Origin: Calcarisporiella thermophila CBS 279.70
Lineage: Eukaryota > Fungi > Calcarisporiellomycota
Assembly: GCF_041956535.1 (NCBI RefSeq)
Contig: NW_027192200.1
Span: 577,477 to 641,476 of the forward strand
Length of the DNA stretch: 64,000 bases
Direction of reading: 5' to 3'
Under the pieces are notes generated by a model. It searched no databases. It was not told the DNA's origin and saw only the letters and a list, made by a program, of their open reading frames with translations. Below are positions 40,901 to 54,384 of this stretch, piece by piece; position 1 is the stretch's first letter, and each line of letters starts with the position of its first letter. The position numbers and the translations under genes are program-made.

Positions 40901-43900
40901 ATTGTAGTAGCTGAGAGTCTTTATTGTGTTTAAATTTTTTTAATAGGAAGCTCTGTTCAGATCTTCGAATACAGGGGTTTTCCGTGCAAACCATTTTCGT
41001 ATTGTAATGACTCATCTTGGAATGAAGGACTTTTTTTTGCAAGCCGAAAACGAAAATGAATCATTTCGGATAGGAGACCGTGGAAACGACTGGCTATCGA
41101 GGCAATTTTATTCGTGCATGACTATGAATGAACTTAAAAAAGCTGGTTTATCCAACGATGATGGTAAGAAATGTGTGCCAATATTTTCACCCTTACAAAT
41201 TACGATTTTTATGTTCTAATATGATTGCTTTATCTAGTAAAACAGTCTTCCAATATGGCACAGATTGAAGTTTCACAAAATCTGCTAAACATGTGGGGTG
41301 TTTGGGAGTCAGTTCGATATTGTATTCTTTCTCGACTCAAGACGCCATTTGGAGGGCCGAAACAAGTATTTATATATGCATTTTGAATTGTTGGTATAAA
41401 TAAGGATATCTATTAACATTATCCTTCTTATTAGACGTTTGAGGCTCTAGAGACGAAGTTACGCCAACTTGTAACGGAACTATCCAATTTGGAAAGTGAC
41501 ATTCGTGATAAATGGTATGTATTTTCAGATAAAATTTAATATTTCATTAATATTAGCTTGTAATCAATAATCAGCTTAGTTCTGACTTCTGTATATTTCT
41601 ATGCTAATTTAGCCTAAGGCAGCTTCGTGATCTCTTATTTTTTATTGAAAGACTTGAAGTTTCAATTCAACACGCAATTACTAGCAGCTCTGTTTCTTGC
41701 TTTCCCCCACCTTCTAAAGCAAGTACCGTGTTTTTCCGTGCAAATCGCAGAGTATGCGAAGATTGGTTTAGTCGTATCCGCGGTTTAATCATTAAGGGTG
41801 CAAAAATTATTGGAGACGACGATATGACTATTCAATGTGGTTTTCAGGTAAAACCTCAATTTTTAATCATATTTCATCAATCTCTAAATAGGTCAATCTT
41901 TAGGCTCTTAGAGACTCTATTTCCTCTGCAAAGAACAATCAATCAAAAAACTTCCAAACATGGTTAAGTGATTATCAAGAAACTCTTGCAGACACCGGTA
42001 AAATGCCTTACCTCAGTTATAGCTTCTAATTTGTATGTAACCATTTGAAATTATTTTAGTTAACGCATTGCGAAGAGTTGGAAATTCAGATGCGATATAT
42101 GGATTATGGACATGGTCCAATAATAGTTTGCAAAATACTCAACATTTTTCAAAATCTCATTTTAAATGGTTAGAATCTAGCGCTCTCATGACAGAGGTAT
42201 ATTATTTAGAACTATAATAATGCTCAGTTGGATTAGGATAACTTCTTTCAAACTTGCAATTAGGAGCATTATGAAGATGCAATTCGTCTGATCCATAAGC
42301 AACTGCAAGATGAAACGAGCTTAAAAAATGGAAGCAGTATCCGCTATCTACAAAACAATGTACGATTTATTTAACAACATGCTCTTATTTTAAGACTTAT
42401 TTGACACGATTCTCAATAATTTTGTAGCTATTGGCATGCTATGGTGCGATAGGTGATCTTGAGGCCTATGCTACTTGGGAAAGGGCATTTGAATCATCCG
42501 AGATTTCTTTGAATAATATGGCATCAGTCCAGCAAGATTTAATTGAATCATTTGACCAGAGTGTGCTGCATGATGCCAGCTTAAGTGCAATGTCTTACTC
42601 TTCACCCGCCAAAACCAGTAACAGCACCCCAATTTCTTCAACGCCCGTCTACCGAGTTCATTTATTATTGGAATCCCCGAAGCTCGATATGAAATTATCT
42701 ACTGATAAGCTCTTAGCTGAACTTGATCGTCAATCGCTACTACGCATCCAATCCTTTGACGACCGTGGATTAATCTTGGCATTCCTTCGAAATGATGCAG
42801 TGATGAACAACCAATCACTCGCTCCGTTTCTCAAAGATTTCGCACTCTCTTTTGGAGAATATGGTCCTAGCTTGGACACACTAGAGCTAGCGAGATTCAC
42901 CCAGAGAATTCAGCTGTGGAACTCTCTCATGACTCAGATCTTTAAGTCCCCCAAAAAATCTAGATATGAAAACTCAAGTGCTGACTTTCTCCGCTATCTC
43001 TATATACGTTTTGCAAGGAAAAAGAGATGCTACGATCTGGCAAAATTCTTTTCCTCATCCACCAAATCAGATATTCCGCAGCTCCGTTTCGAGGTTGCGA
43101 AAACAATCTATTGCCACGGTCATATTAAGCCAGCTGTCGAAGAAATGTTTTCGCTTATCAACGATATATACCTCCCTTCTGCCAATATAAACAACCGCGA
43201 TTCTGAACTTTTAGGAAAGATCAATCTTAAGCTTGCCGATTGGAGCAGGGAATTGTCGGAAACGCCTACACAAATCTCGATCTTCAATCAAATGCGTCAA
43301 TATGTATGTCAAAATCCAGCCGATTATGAGTGCGATGTCCCAAGTTTATTTTTAGAGCGTGCTGTAAAAACAGCTCCTGGATACGGAAGAGCCTGGTTCA
43401 AATTTGCAACACATGCTTATAACTCAGGCTGGCAAATGTTCGAGAAAACTAGTGACATTGCATCCAAGAACACGAGAGAAAATATAGCTCATATATTTTT
43501 TTCCGATGGTCGCAGAATGAGGAACTTGACTCTCGATGAGATTCGTGACTCTGTTAATGTAAGCACCTAATATAGGTCACTTCAAAACCTTATTCAACAT
43601 GTTCTTCTCCATAGGAACTACTCAGCAAATACGCACATTCGCCTGACTCAACTTCTTGTATGTCTGCACTCCTACAGCAATCATTTCCGTGGGCCTCGGA
43701 GTATTCCTTGGAATCCGCACGGCACATTCTTTTTGACATAGAGAAAGAAGCTTTACAGCACTTTAAATTGGCCACATCATCTTATTTTAAAGCACTTCAT
43801 TTAATTGAAGTGGTGAAAATGACTTCAGAAGAGGTAACAGATAGTAATGAGAATTTAATATATAATTTATTGAAAGTATATATAAACAGGTTTCCCAGAA

Positions 43901-46900
43901 ATTGCTCACTGAGAAATCTACTAGTTCTGAGGCAGATTCCATCACAATCGTATTGCGACTTTTCAGATTATTAATGAAATACGGTGATGCTTTAGAGGCA
44001 CATTTCATGGCAGGATTTGCAAAAGAAGTCCGATCATGGGAAGCAATTATACCTCAATTATTTGCTCGGCTTGATCATCCGATTCCGTTTGTGCGGCAGC
44101 AGCTCTGTAAATTACTAGGAGATATAGCACATCGTTCACCAAAGCTTCTCATCTACGACACAATTGTTGGCCTGGAGTCGAGTAATACGAATATGATTAC
44201 CAAAGAGTCCCTCGCAGCTATTTACCAGTTACTTAAAGATGCCGATGGAATTCTAATTTCGGAGACGCACCGAATGATTGAGGAAACTCGCAAATTTACA
44301 ACTCTATGGGAAGAGGAATGGCTAAACACGATCGCAACGCTACAATTAGATGCCGTAAAAAGACTACAGCGAGTTGGAAAAGAGTTCAATCGTCTTAATA
44401 TCAACCCCAATTTAACCGAAAATCAGCGTCAAAAATTCATGCGAGAAAGCTATGATGCCATAATGAAACCAGTAATAACTACGATTTGTCAACTTCAAAC
44501 ATCCCTAAATGCAAATAGACAGTTAACTGAACATGAGAGTTGGTTCCTGGAAACCTTTGGTACATTGATTGAAAAAGCGTGTGCTGAACTACGGTTTCCA
44601 ACAAACATTTCATTTTACAGGCGGGGATGGGAGAGCTTCCAAAAGGTATATGCTTTATGCTCATAATTAATTTTGCATTATCTAACGGACGTTTTTTGAT
44701 GGATAGCTTCACCGCTGTCTTGCAAAAGAAGTTCACAAGGTGCGATCTCTGAAGTTCCGGAGTGTCAGCCCTTATCTATCTTCAATAAGTGGATCACAGG
44801 TGCCAATGCCAGGATTATATTCAGATGAGACTGTCACCGTGCAATCTTTCTCCATCGAAGTAACTGTTCTTCCTAGCAAGACTAAACCAAAGCGTCTTAT
44901 ACTTTACGGTTCAGATGGACGTGAATATCCTTTTCTTTTTAAAGGACTTGAAGACCTTCATCTAGATCAGAGAATCATGCAGTTCTTGCGTATCACCAAT
45001 GAACTCTTGAAACGAGATAAAAAAGCTGCAATGCGATCTCTTAGCGCACGTCATTATGCAGTTATCCCACTATCGGACCATACCGGAATGCTTCAGTGGG
45101 TCGATAATGCCCTTCCAATGTTTCATATATATAAACAATGGCAACAACGAGATCATGCAGCCAACCTTTTGCAGGGCAATAACGTTAAAACAGAATCCCC
45201 ACGTCGGCCAACGGAATTGTTCTTCGAAAAGGTCTCTGCTGCTCTCCAGAGGGAGGGAATGCCAGTCACAACACCAAGACGTAACTGGCCTCACCATCTT
45301 ATCCGTACAGTCTACGAAGAATTGATGGAAGAAACTCCTAGTGATATACTGGAGCGCGAATTCTGGATATCTAGCCGCAATCCTTCAGAGTGGCGGTTAA
45401 AGTCCGAATCTTTCTCTCGATCCATTGCTGTCATGTCGATTATTGGCTACATCATTGGATTGGGAGATCGACATATGGATAACATATTAATTGACTTCGA
45501 TAACGGAGAAGTTGTTCACATAGATTACAATATATGTTTTGAAAAAGGCCGTAAACTGCGTGTTCCTGAATTAGTGCCATTTCGATTAACTCGCAATCTC
45601 GAAACTGCATTGGGTGTAACAGGGATTGAGGGTAATTTTCGATCAGCATGTGAGCATGTATTGAGGACGATGCGGAATAATCAAGAAGTACTCGTTACTC
45701 TTTTGGAAGCTTTCGTGTACGATCCACTAGTCGATTGGAGCAGAAATGTAGATCAAGTACGAGAATCGCAACTTACTGAACTGCAAGTTAACATTGATTT
45801 GCTCTCTTCTCGAATTGGTAATATATTCATTTAAATTACATTATATTTTTATTTATGTATTCACTTTTTATTTGGATTTTAGCCGAGATGAAAAACCCAT
45901 TGCAAGAAAAATATTCGAAGATTCTTGACACCGCAAAACTTGCAAACGAATGTATGGAGAAACTAGTTTTAGGCACTGACTATGGTGATCAGATTTCTAC
46001 AAACGGAAATGATATCAAAACCTTTATTGGTAATCGGATTGATGACTTTGCGACTTGGCGTGCAAGGAATTGCCAACTCTTTGAAATTCTCGAGGTATAT
46101 GTCAAAAATAAGCATTTTGATGAAAATGATATAAATATAATGGAAATCCTAATTAAAATTATTATGTCTGAACAATAGGGATCGTTAATCGAAACCACAT
46201 TCTCAGAATTGTTTTTAGCTGGCAATCAAGTTCAATCACCTTTCTTTGCACAACCATCAACCCTCACCAATTTAGATAAGCATTATCAATCTCAGGGGGA
46301 AGTCTATGACCAAAAGCTAGCCAATTGGTTGTCTGAAAGAGATATCGTTTTGAAATCTATATTCGAGCATCTTAGATTCTATAAAACTATATGTCTCCCC
46401 ATTCGAGATCACCTTTTGGAAGATGACCCGGCTCTAATATGGAGAGCTTCAGCTGAAACCTTTCTTAAGACTAGCGATAGCGAAACATTGCAAAATATCT
46501 CTACTCTTGCGGTCTCCAAGGAATTAGACGCAAATATTTTAGCTTGGATGAATCAGGGCATTCAGTTCGCTATATCTGAAGCTAATGAACATTTTTCCGG
46601 GATCACTGAGATTCTGCAACTTCTTGCACCTTCATATTCAACGCAACCGAAAGAGGACTTCTTGAATAACCTTCAACATCAATACAATTTGGAAAATGGA
46701 CCACCTCTGATTCACTCCTGTATTATTTCATCGCTTCGATTGATATCCCTAAAGACTCTTAAGTACACTAGCTTGCCTCTCCACTTATCCTCAAGCTCCT
46801 CTATTCCTGATGATGATCGCTTGCCCAGCATTATCGAAAAAGCTTTTGGAAGTTCTAGTATTCGACCACTTGAATTCTCTGGCTTTTTCTCGATAATAAC

Positions 46901-49847
46901 ACAGCTCTCCGAGCTGTTGAGAATAGCTCTTTGTAAGTATCAAGAAGTTTTATCTTCGAGATTCTGTCGCTTACCGGTTTTTCCATTCATTAGATGCCAG
47001 TTCTGGGAGAATTCGAGTAACGCATTTATTGGAAATTACGAATGAGCTGACTACGTTCATGCAAATTCTTTTCTCTTTGGAATACAAAATCAACAACGGT
47101 GTACTTTTGCATATATTTGACTGGTTACGAATTAATCCACGCGGAACTAGCGATATCATCGAAGAACTATATCATATTTTTGAAATTATTAATTTGCCTC
47201 ACGATATTCATGGTCTAACAACAACTCATAGCTATGCTAAAGTGGTAAGGCTCATAATATTCCATTTTATTACTTATCACTTCTAACTAGCCATATCATA
47301 TTTTAGCATGAAAATTTCCAAGCATTTATTAACCGTCGAAAAAATAGCGGTGAAATCCACTTGATTCTACTTTTCGAGGACCTCTTTGGAAGTGTGGAAA
47401 CAGCAATAAGAAAATTACAAGTATATACTAATTGTTTAACAGCAAAAACTGTAGCTATTGGTAATTTATTGTTTTTTCACAGGACATTGCTACTTTGATG
47501 AGCCAGGCAGGAATTTGGACATTTGTACTCAGCGAAAATACCTTACCGACCCTACATCTCTATAAATATTTGGTAAATACTCTATTTGAATTAATTTAAT
47601 AATATACATGATGCTAAATTGCTACTTTAGTATATACGAGCAGTTTGCTGGAGCTGCTTGGAATTTTATACGAATCAGATCATCAAGAATGGGAATGAAA
47701 AGTATATATCTAATCTTGGTGTTACTACTCAATATCGTATGAAGAACAACACCGCTGCCGAAACATTGCGAGAGTTTTTAACTTGGAACGCTCAAAAGAC
47801 CTTATCTCCATTCCTGACAAATATACTATCTACTATTCAAATTTCGTTTGCTCAATTACTCCCAGGACGGCGAGATACAATCGATATTGATAATATTATA
47901 TCGACGATGGTTGAGGAGAAGATTATTTCTTACTCTTCATTCATATCGCTAAGCACTGATTTAGAAACTTATATGAATTTCAGCTCGATGCGGACCATTC
48001 TCAATATTGTAAGTCATTATCATTCCCATTTCAAGAGAATATAATTTTTATCATCATGCTTTCTTAGGTCAATATGCGCAAAGGTCAAGTGGAGACGGAG
48101 TTTCAACAGAAACAGTTTGAATTACTTCGTCTACAATGGATTAGTCTCTCCCATTCACGGGATTCGCATGTGCGACAACAGGTGATATTTTTGTGGCTAC
48201 TTGCATATTTAGCATGGTAGCTTATATATCTTAATATAGTTTTTGGCGAATCTCAGTACTGACCTGCAGCGATTATTGACTCTACAAGTCAATCTTCGAA
48301 GTCTAGCTGAAGGCCTACAGCCATTTGAAAATAGTTCTTTTGATCAGAGTAGAATAGCACAAACTGGCTTGTCCTCGTCGATGGCTGCTTTATCCACCGA
48401 GCAATTCTATGATACTATAAACTCTCAGCGAACCAAGCTAATGTTTAATTTTGAAAAGGTATTTTGAACTTTTTGAATCATTTTCACTCCATTAATTCTC
48501 ACCTCGTAACACTTCTAGATTAATTTTCTCACTGAAATATGTGAGCTTATATTAAATTTTGAAAACTTGCGCAGTCCAAGAGAGCGTACACAAATCTTAG
48601 GAGAAAATCTGGCTCGGTTATTAGAGAGTAGTAGGGATAGGCAAGTTCTTTAACTATTAGATTTTATAGTATATATATTGATTTATTTAAATTATATAGT
48701 GAACCAGCGGATCAAGTAAATACAGTATAATACTACAAATCTATTTGACTAATATCATCGTTGATGACAATTTTTTGGTAGTCAAATATAGAGGCCCAAC
48801 CCAATATGGATACCATAACCATAGTAGACACGCTGACCGATTTACGAGAGAATTGTGATGATATGCGTGCTCTAGTGACTGATATTACATCACTTCTTGA
48901 GCCGATATCTACCATTGAGACGGATGTTGATTTTGATGAAGAATTACGCGTAGCCAAGGAAAAATCTGAGGTATGCGATTATTTGAAGTCTTATTATACT
49001 CTATTATACTATTTTCACTTCGCTTTTAGGGAATATTTTCGGAATGGTCGAATTTTGAAGCCGCTTGTGACGGCCTGGACAAAATTTTGGGACAATACGA
49101 TACAACAACTGTCTCTGAGACTGATTCGGTGGATTCCAATCAAATTTTGAGAGGTTCAAATGAACTTTCTAAAGAAGCGGTAAGTCTACTTCTACATTAA
49201 TTTATATGAATCAATTCATCGATATCTGACTATGTTATACAAGCCTCATGTCGTCAGTGACCTAACGGAAAGTTTAAAGCAGTTTTTCGAAATGCTTAAG
49301 GCTTTTGAAGGCTCATTTATATCGCCCATTTCTCCTGATCAATTAACGCCGATAAAACAAAGCTTTGAGGAACGATATCAAAGCTCACATGAACTTGGTT
49401 ACGAGAAGCCATCAGCCATGACCCTCTCCATCTCTATAAATAATCGCCACGAATCAGATGGCATGTCTCAGCTATCATATTCTGGAGTTATCTCAGATGC
49501 TGATGCAGATGCACCAAATAGAAAGAAAAATCAAGGCAAAATAGGTAATTTTTGAGAATAATAGATATAATACTTCGAAGATGAATATTAATCATGGCTA
49601 CTGGTTTAGAGCAACGCAATGAATACGCTGTTAGTGTACTGAGACGAGTTAGAGAAAAATTAGAAGGGATTGATTTTGAAAATAAGATACAAGCAGTTTC
49701 AGAACAAGTAATGGCTTTCCTATTATCCCCTTAGTCCGCTTTTTTATTAATGTAGCTCTGATAAACCAGGTCTCGAATGCAATCAATGAAGCGATGAGTA
49801 TAGATAATCTATGCGCGATGTATGAAGGCTGGACACCCTGGATATAA
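37976..49847 (+). CDS. SMG1: SMG1 PIKK kinase (nonsense-mediated decay), about 30 introns
   Basis: FLFKGLEDLHLDQRIMQFL, GLGDRHMDN, HIDYNICFEKGRKLRVPELVPFRLT, long insertion between kinase and FATC, and FATC DNLCAMYEGWTPWI*. Start codon inferred from exon phase. Confidence 0.92.
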
Positions 49848-49992
49848 TCCCCCTTATCCTTTAGTTTCCATCCACCAAAAGGTATTTTTGATTTTCTTCT
49901 AACAGCAAGATAAAATTCTTGGGTATGCAAGTGAATTCAAAGATCTTGGTGGAATGTCATTATATAATACAAAAAATATTGAAAGTATTAAA

Positions 49993-50810
49993 CTATATAG
50001 AAATTTGACTGGCAAATAAGAATAGTAAGAAAATTACAAATATACCTAAAAGTTCTAATAAATTATTCAAATGAAAACAACAAAGAACGAATATAAAAAC
50101 GAGAAAACAAGGAAAATATCCCTTCATTACAGATATATATTCAACTTGGACACCAGCGTCTGTCTCATCCAACACAATTTTTGAGCTAGCTTGGAGTTGG
50201 CTTAAGATCCAATTGTTTTCTCGAATAATGGAGAGAGTCTTGTTTAATTTCACGAGACGCTCTTCCGCTAAGGCATTATCGTGGGTTATATCGTTATATG
50301 TATTTGACATTATATTATCTAATTCCAGCGCATTAGACGTGTTTAATGGCTAAATATATAAATTATTGTTAAAAGTTGGAAGAAACGCTATAATAGGTGA
50401 AGCTTCACCTCGACGCCTAATGGAAGTGAATTTCGCTCGATATAATCACTTTTATCCCCTCTACCAGAAGCCGAGGGTGAGCGCATATCTGAACGAATAT
50501 ATCGGTGGGCGGAATGCATCGTCCGTTTGATTTTTGAAAATTCATGACTAGTGCCAATATATTTGGGAAAAAGAGGAGTCCAAACTCTGGTTCCAGGCAT
50601 CGCAGGTGTCTTAGGTGTATTAGTAGCTATATGTCGGTTCATTTTTCTACTATCGCTCTCCTTGCGATTATCACTAACATCGTCGCTTTGAGGTATTTTC
50701 AACTTGTTTTGATTTTTTGATTTAATCGCCTGATTGAGTTTCTGAGGATAGGGTGTCCATGCAGTAGTACCCGGCATCTCTCCTGCTGGAGGAACTAATG
50801 TCCAACTCAT
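49993..50810 (-). CDS. Hypothetical protein with C-terminal hydrophobic segments, 2 exons
   Basis: ORFs 50388-50810 and 49993-50310 join in frame via a GT-AG intron (about 50350-50408). Internal repeat MPGTxxWTP. Confidence 0.55.
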
Positions 50811-51594
50811 CTCAAATTTGTGTAAAGAAGAATCGCAGACAAAAGCTATTTAAAAATTATAGTTTTAAATATTTCATACAATTAGAAATAATATTCTTAA
50901 TTACGCGAATATTTTAAAGCTATTGCGGCAGGCGATAAGCCACATTCGACTCTATTGTTACATTCTGGACTCCCTTGTGAAAATATTTTTGGCTTTAACA
51001 ATAACGGTCAAAAATCTATAAACGATATATAAACGATATATAAATTACTGCGATAAATATGAGGAAAAATTTATTGAGTGATTTGAATACTCTTTAGAGC
51101 TTTTATCCAAGTTAACTTTAAAGATTACGGTACTCAAAAATAAGGCGCCTTATATACTACGCAAAATACTTAATGTACAGTATATTATCTCAGTAACCGC
51201 AGAAAGTTGAATCAGATAAAACACATAGTATTTTAGTAACTCAGATATACGAGATAAATACTATACTTAGTCGCTTGAATAGATACTCATACGTATCCAT
51301 TTATATCACACCTGATTCCATCTATTAATAAAGCGCTGCCTAACCAAATAAACGCAAAAAGCCCGCTATAATTGAACGTAGCTAGAAAAGAAGCCAAAAT
51401 AAATAGCTTTATCTTGTACGCATTTGCTTCGTAAGTGAGAAAGTTGAAATTGAAATTGTGAAATAAAATACATAATTATGCCTTGAACTACTCATGACAA
51501 AAGCTGACGTGCCAATTTGACAATAGAGTCAATTGACACGTCAAACTTGTGCTTGAGTATAAATACGCAATTTTTAGGATGATTCAAGTCAACA

Positions 51595-52308
51595 ATGGCG
51601 AACGATACATTAGTCTATATTTCAGAAAATTCTAATGAGCAAAATTTCCCTATTAAATTCTCCTGTGTATCTGGTGAGATTGTATGGGGACAACTGCATA
51701 CTCTCTTAGAAGGCGTGTCTACCAAGCATCACGATAATGCAAGGCCACCGCAAAACTGCCCTGTCGGCGGTACAATTGTCCAACATGAATTTCGCTTTAG
51801 GGCAGCTGCAAGAAAAGGGATATGGTTAGCAAAGAAATTATTTTTAGGTGGAGACCACATCGGTTTTATTGTGCATCATGAGGATATTGTTGCCGAAGAT
51901 TTAATTCAGCAAGCCCATGATGTTGGCCTTTCTCTACATAATGAACATAGTAATCAAAATATTATATATATAAATCGATATGATTGGGGTTGGCATCATT
52001 ACCCGAAAGATGCGCCGAGGGGTCCAGATCCGAATTTGAAATATATCCAAAAAAGCTTTCCATATGCGCAAGAAGACCTACTAGCAGCACGTTTTATGTT
52101 TGCTGATGCGTTGCATGCTTTTGAGAGTAAATGTAATGAATATGGAGTTCATCTTACTGTCTCCGGCACAGAATATGAACAAGGGTGGCTATTCTTTAGC
52201 GGTAAAAAGTCTGAAAGCTATCCTAATTCAGATGAGCTGATAGCAATGTTTTATGACGGTGCCTACACTGATCTTGGAAAATACTCTGGCATCCTACCAA
52301 CCCTCTAG
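51595..52308 (+). CDS. Intronless hypothetical protein (237 aa)
   Basis: Clean ORF with acaATGG context, TATAAATA at 51558-51565 and globular composition. Confidence 0.8.
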   Translation: MANDTLVYISENSNEQNFPIKFSCVSGEIVWGQLHTLLEGVSTKHHDNARPPQNCPVGGTIVQHEFRFRAAARKGIWLAKKLFLGGDHIGFIVHHEDIVAEDLIQQAHDVGLSLHNEHSNQNIIYINRYDWGWHHYPKDAPRGPDPNLKYIQKSFPYAQEDLLAARFMFADALHAFESKCNEYGVHLTVSGTEYEQGWLFFSGKKSESYPNSDELIAMFYDGAYTDLGKYSGILPTL

Positions 52309-52666
52309 TGATGTGATAGTTCTGGATTCCTATAAAAGATTTGAATTTAATTTTTTATTGTCGAATAAAGAAATACGTTATCATTGGTTTATTAATAATC
52401 ATTCTAGTAATGATTAAATAATAATGATAACGGTCAATTAATATTATTTCTTTCTTGGTTAGTCCATAATAATTAATTTACCTCGCGGTAGTTGATATGA
52501 ACGATCATAACGACATTTCCATTAGTTTAAAAAAACAAAAGTTTGAACATGCCAAAAAAAAGCTAATCATGGTTGAGCTTCCTAACTCAATAATTTTGTG
52601 AATATATATGACATAAAATAGCTCAAGATAAATACAACAAAAAAAGAGTAAAAAAGTGGAATAAGA

Positions 52667-53338
52667 CTAAGAATCTACTACTTCCATTGTGCTAACTCCA
52701 CCCTGTTTTCCTTTATCTGTAGTTAGCCCAACAGCTGCTTCTGCCTCTTTTTGAGTATAAGGTTCTTCCTGGAGCAATTTTAACCTTTACAAAATAAACA
52801 CGTTTCAAAAAACTTGTCCATTAGAAAAATATATTAATAGTAATCCATACCTCTTTTTATGCAATTTATTTTGCCTGTGTTCATCAAGGGCGGTTTGGGA
52901 TTGAAAATGCCGACTAATAACAAAAGCCATTTTGTAAAAATATTACCAAAATATACTAGAAAGTTAAATACTCACGCGCAAGCTATGCAATAAAATTGAC
53001 CCAGCCCCGGAAGATCAGGATCAATTGGAATTTCGTTGAATTTCTTTTGGTTTTCAGGTTTTAGATCCTCATGTATCTGGTCTAAGTGTAGAAAGAATTA
53101 AGAAATTACAAAGTTAAAGATACTATGCTAAACTTTTGAATAAAGAAAAGGACGATTTAAATAAATAAATAAATAAAACGAAAAGGATATCTTTAGTATA
53201 GCGGCGGGTCCGGAATTTTCTTGAGTTGTCCCTAATGCTTTTATGAGTTCTTGATCTCCTGATTCTGTTTATATAATATTGTCAATTTTATCACAATTAT
53301 TAATAATAATAAACTAATGAGAGCTCTTACCTTCCCAT
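52667..53338 (-). CDS. BUD20: C2H2 zinc-finger ribosome biogenesis factor Bud20/ZNF593, 5 exons
   Basis: [45 protein letters not shown] and [23 protein letters not shown]. Absent from the ORF track because the exons are short. Confidence 0.93.
53088..53190 (-). other. U12-type AT-AC intron (103 nt) in BUD20
   Basis: 5'SS ATATCCTTTT, TCTTTAAC (53120-53113) and TTCTTAAT motifs, terminal AC. Splicing gives AAA G|AC TTA GAC CAG = KDLDQ. Confidence 0.92.
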
Positions 53339-53421
53339 GGTAATAATTGTTAAGAAACAAAAGGTAGTAAACACCTATTTGTTTTCAATAACAATGCAGT
53401 CACTCTCATTGTGGCTTTTAA

Positions 53422-53427
53422 ACGCGT
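53422..53427. promoter_or_regulatory. MCB-like element ACGCGT in the BUD20/ASF1 bidirectional promoter
   Basis: ACGCGT 56 bp upstream of the ASF1 ATG in an AT-rich 144-bp spacer. Confidence 0.4.
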
Positions 53428-53482
53428 CCTAAAAGGCAGAAATTTAGCGTGAAAGTAATTTTTACCCTTAAGATTTTGAAGT

Positions 53483-54250
53483 ATGTCAATAGTTAATATT
53501 ACCAACGTTCAGATCCTCGACAATCCGACACCATTTCTTAATCCGTATCAGTTTGAAATTACATTTGAATGTATTTCACCTTTAAAAGAAGGTAATTTGT
53601 TATATCTTACTCATTCTTTATCTGTATAACGCTGGATTGCTCACCTCAACACAGATCTTGAATGGAAAATTATCTATGTTGGTTCGGCTGAAAATGAGGA
53701 GCTTGATCAAGTTTTGGATTCAATTATGGTAGGACCTGTCCCAGTGGGAGTAAGCAAGTTTCTTTTTACGGTAAAAAAAATTTTTGTACGTAATATTTTT
53801 CTCTAGTTAAATATGAGGTTGTAAATAGGCTGATCCACCCAATATCAAACTACTCCCGAAAGATGACATTTTGGGGGTGACCGTAATCTTAGTTACATGT
53901 TCCTATAAAGATCAGGAATTCGTCCGCGTTGGTTATTATGTCAATAATGAATATATCGATGAGGAATTGCGTGAAAATCCGCCTGCTGAAATCCAATTAG
54001 ACAAGCTTTACCGGAATATCCTCGCTGAAAAACCTAGAGTAACGCGATTACCAATTAAATGGTAATAGTTTTTGTGTTTAGTTTGGATTATACAATTATT
54101 TACTGAATTTTTTATTATCCATCCCTAACCTCTAGGGACTCTCCGGACGCGGGAGAAGATAATGAGGGACAGGTAACAGTCGATTCTGAAGCTAATGACA
54201 CGATAAAATCAGCAGAGCAATCAGAAAGTAGTCAGGCTATATCATCATAG
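53483..54250 (+). CDS. ASF1: Histone H3/H4 chaperone Asf1, 4 exons
   Basis: [37 protein letters not shown] and [14 protein letters not shown]. Confidence 0.97.
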
Positions 54251-54384
54251 TCCTATTTTCACTCAAATCTAATTTAATATTTTGAATAGCTTATGTTCTT
54301 ATTTTCATTATTCCCTTTTTACTCTGTTTCCTAAATTTCTATTAATAAATATTAAAATAATTGCAGAAAAGCCATTTAATCTAT

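Noticed and set aside
48641-48781. Possible GC-AG intron plus 16-nt microexon (48700-48715) in SMG1
   Set aside because: A single GT-AG intron (48645-48781) also keeps the frame; this cannot be resolved without RNA-seq
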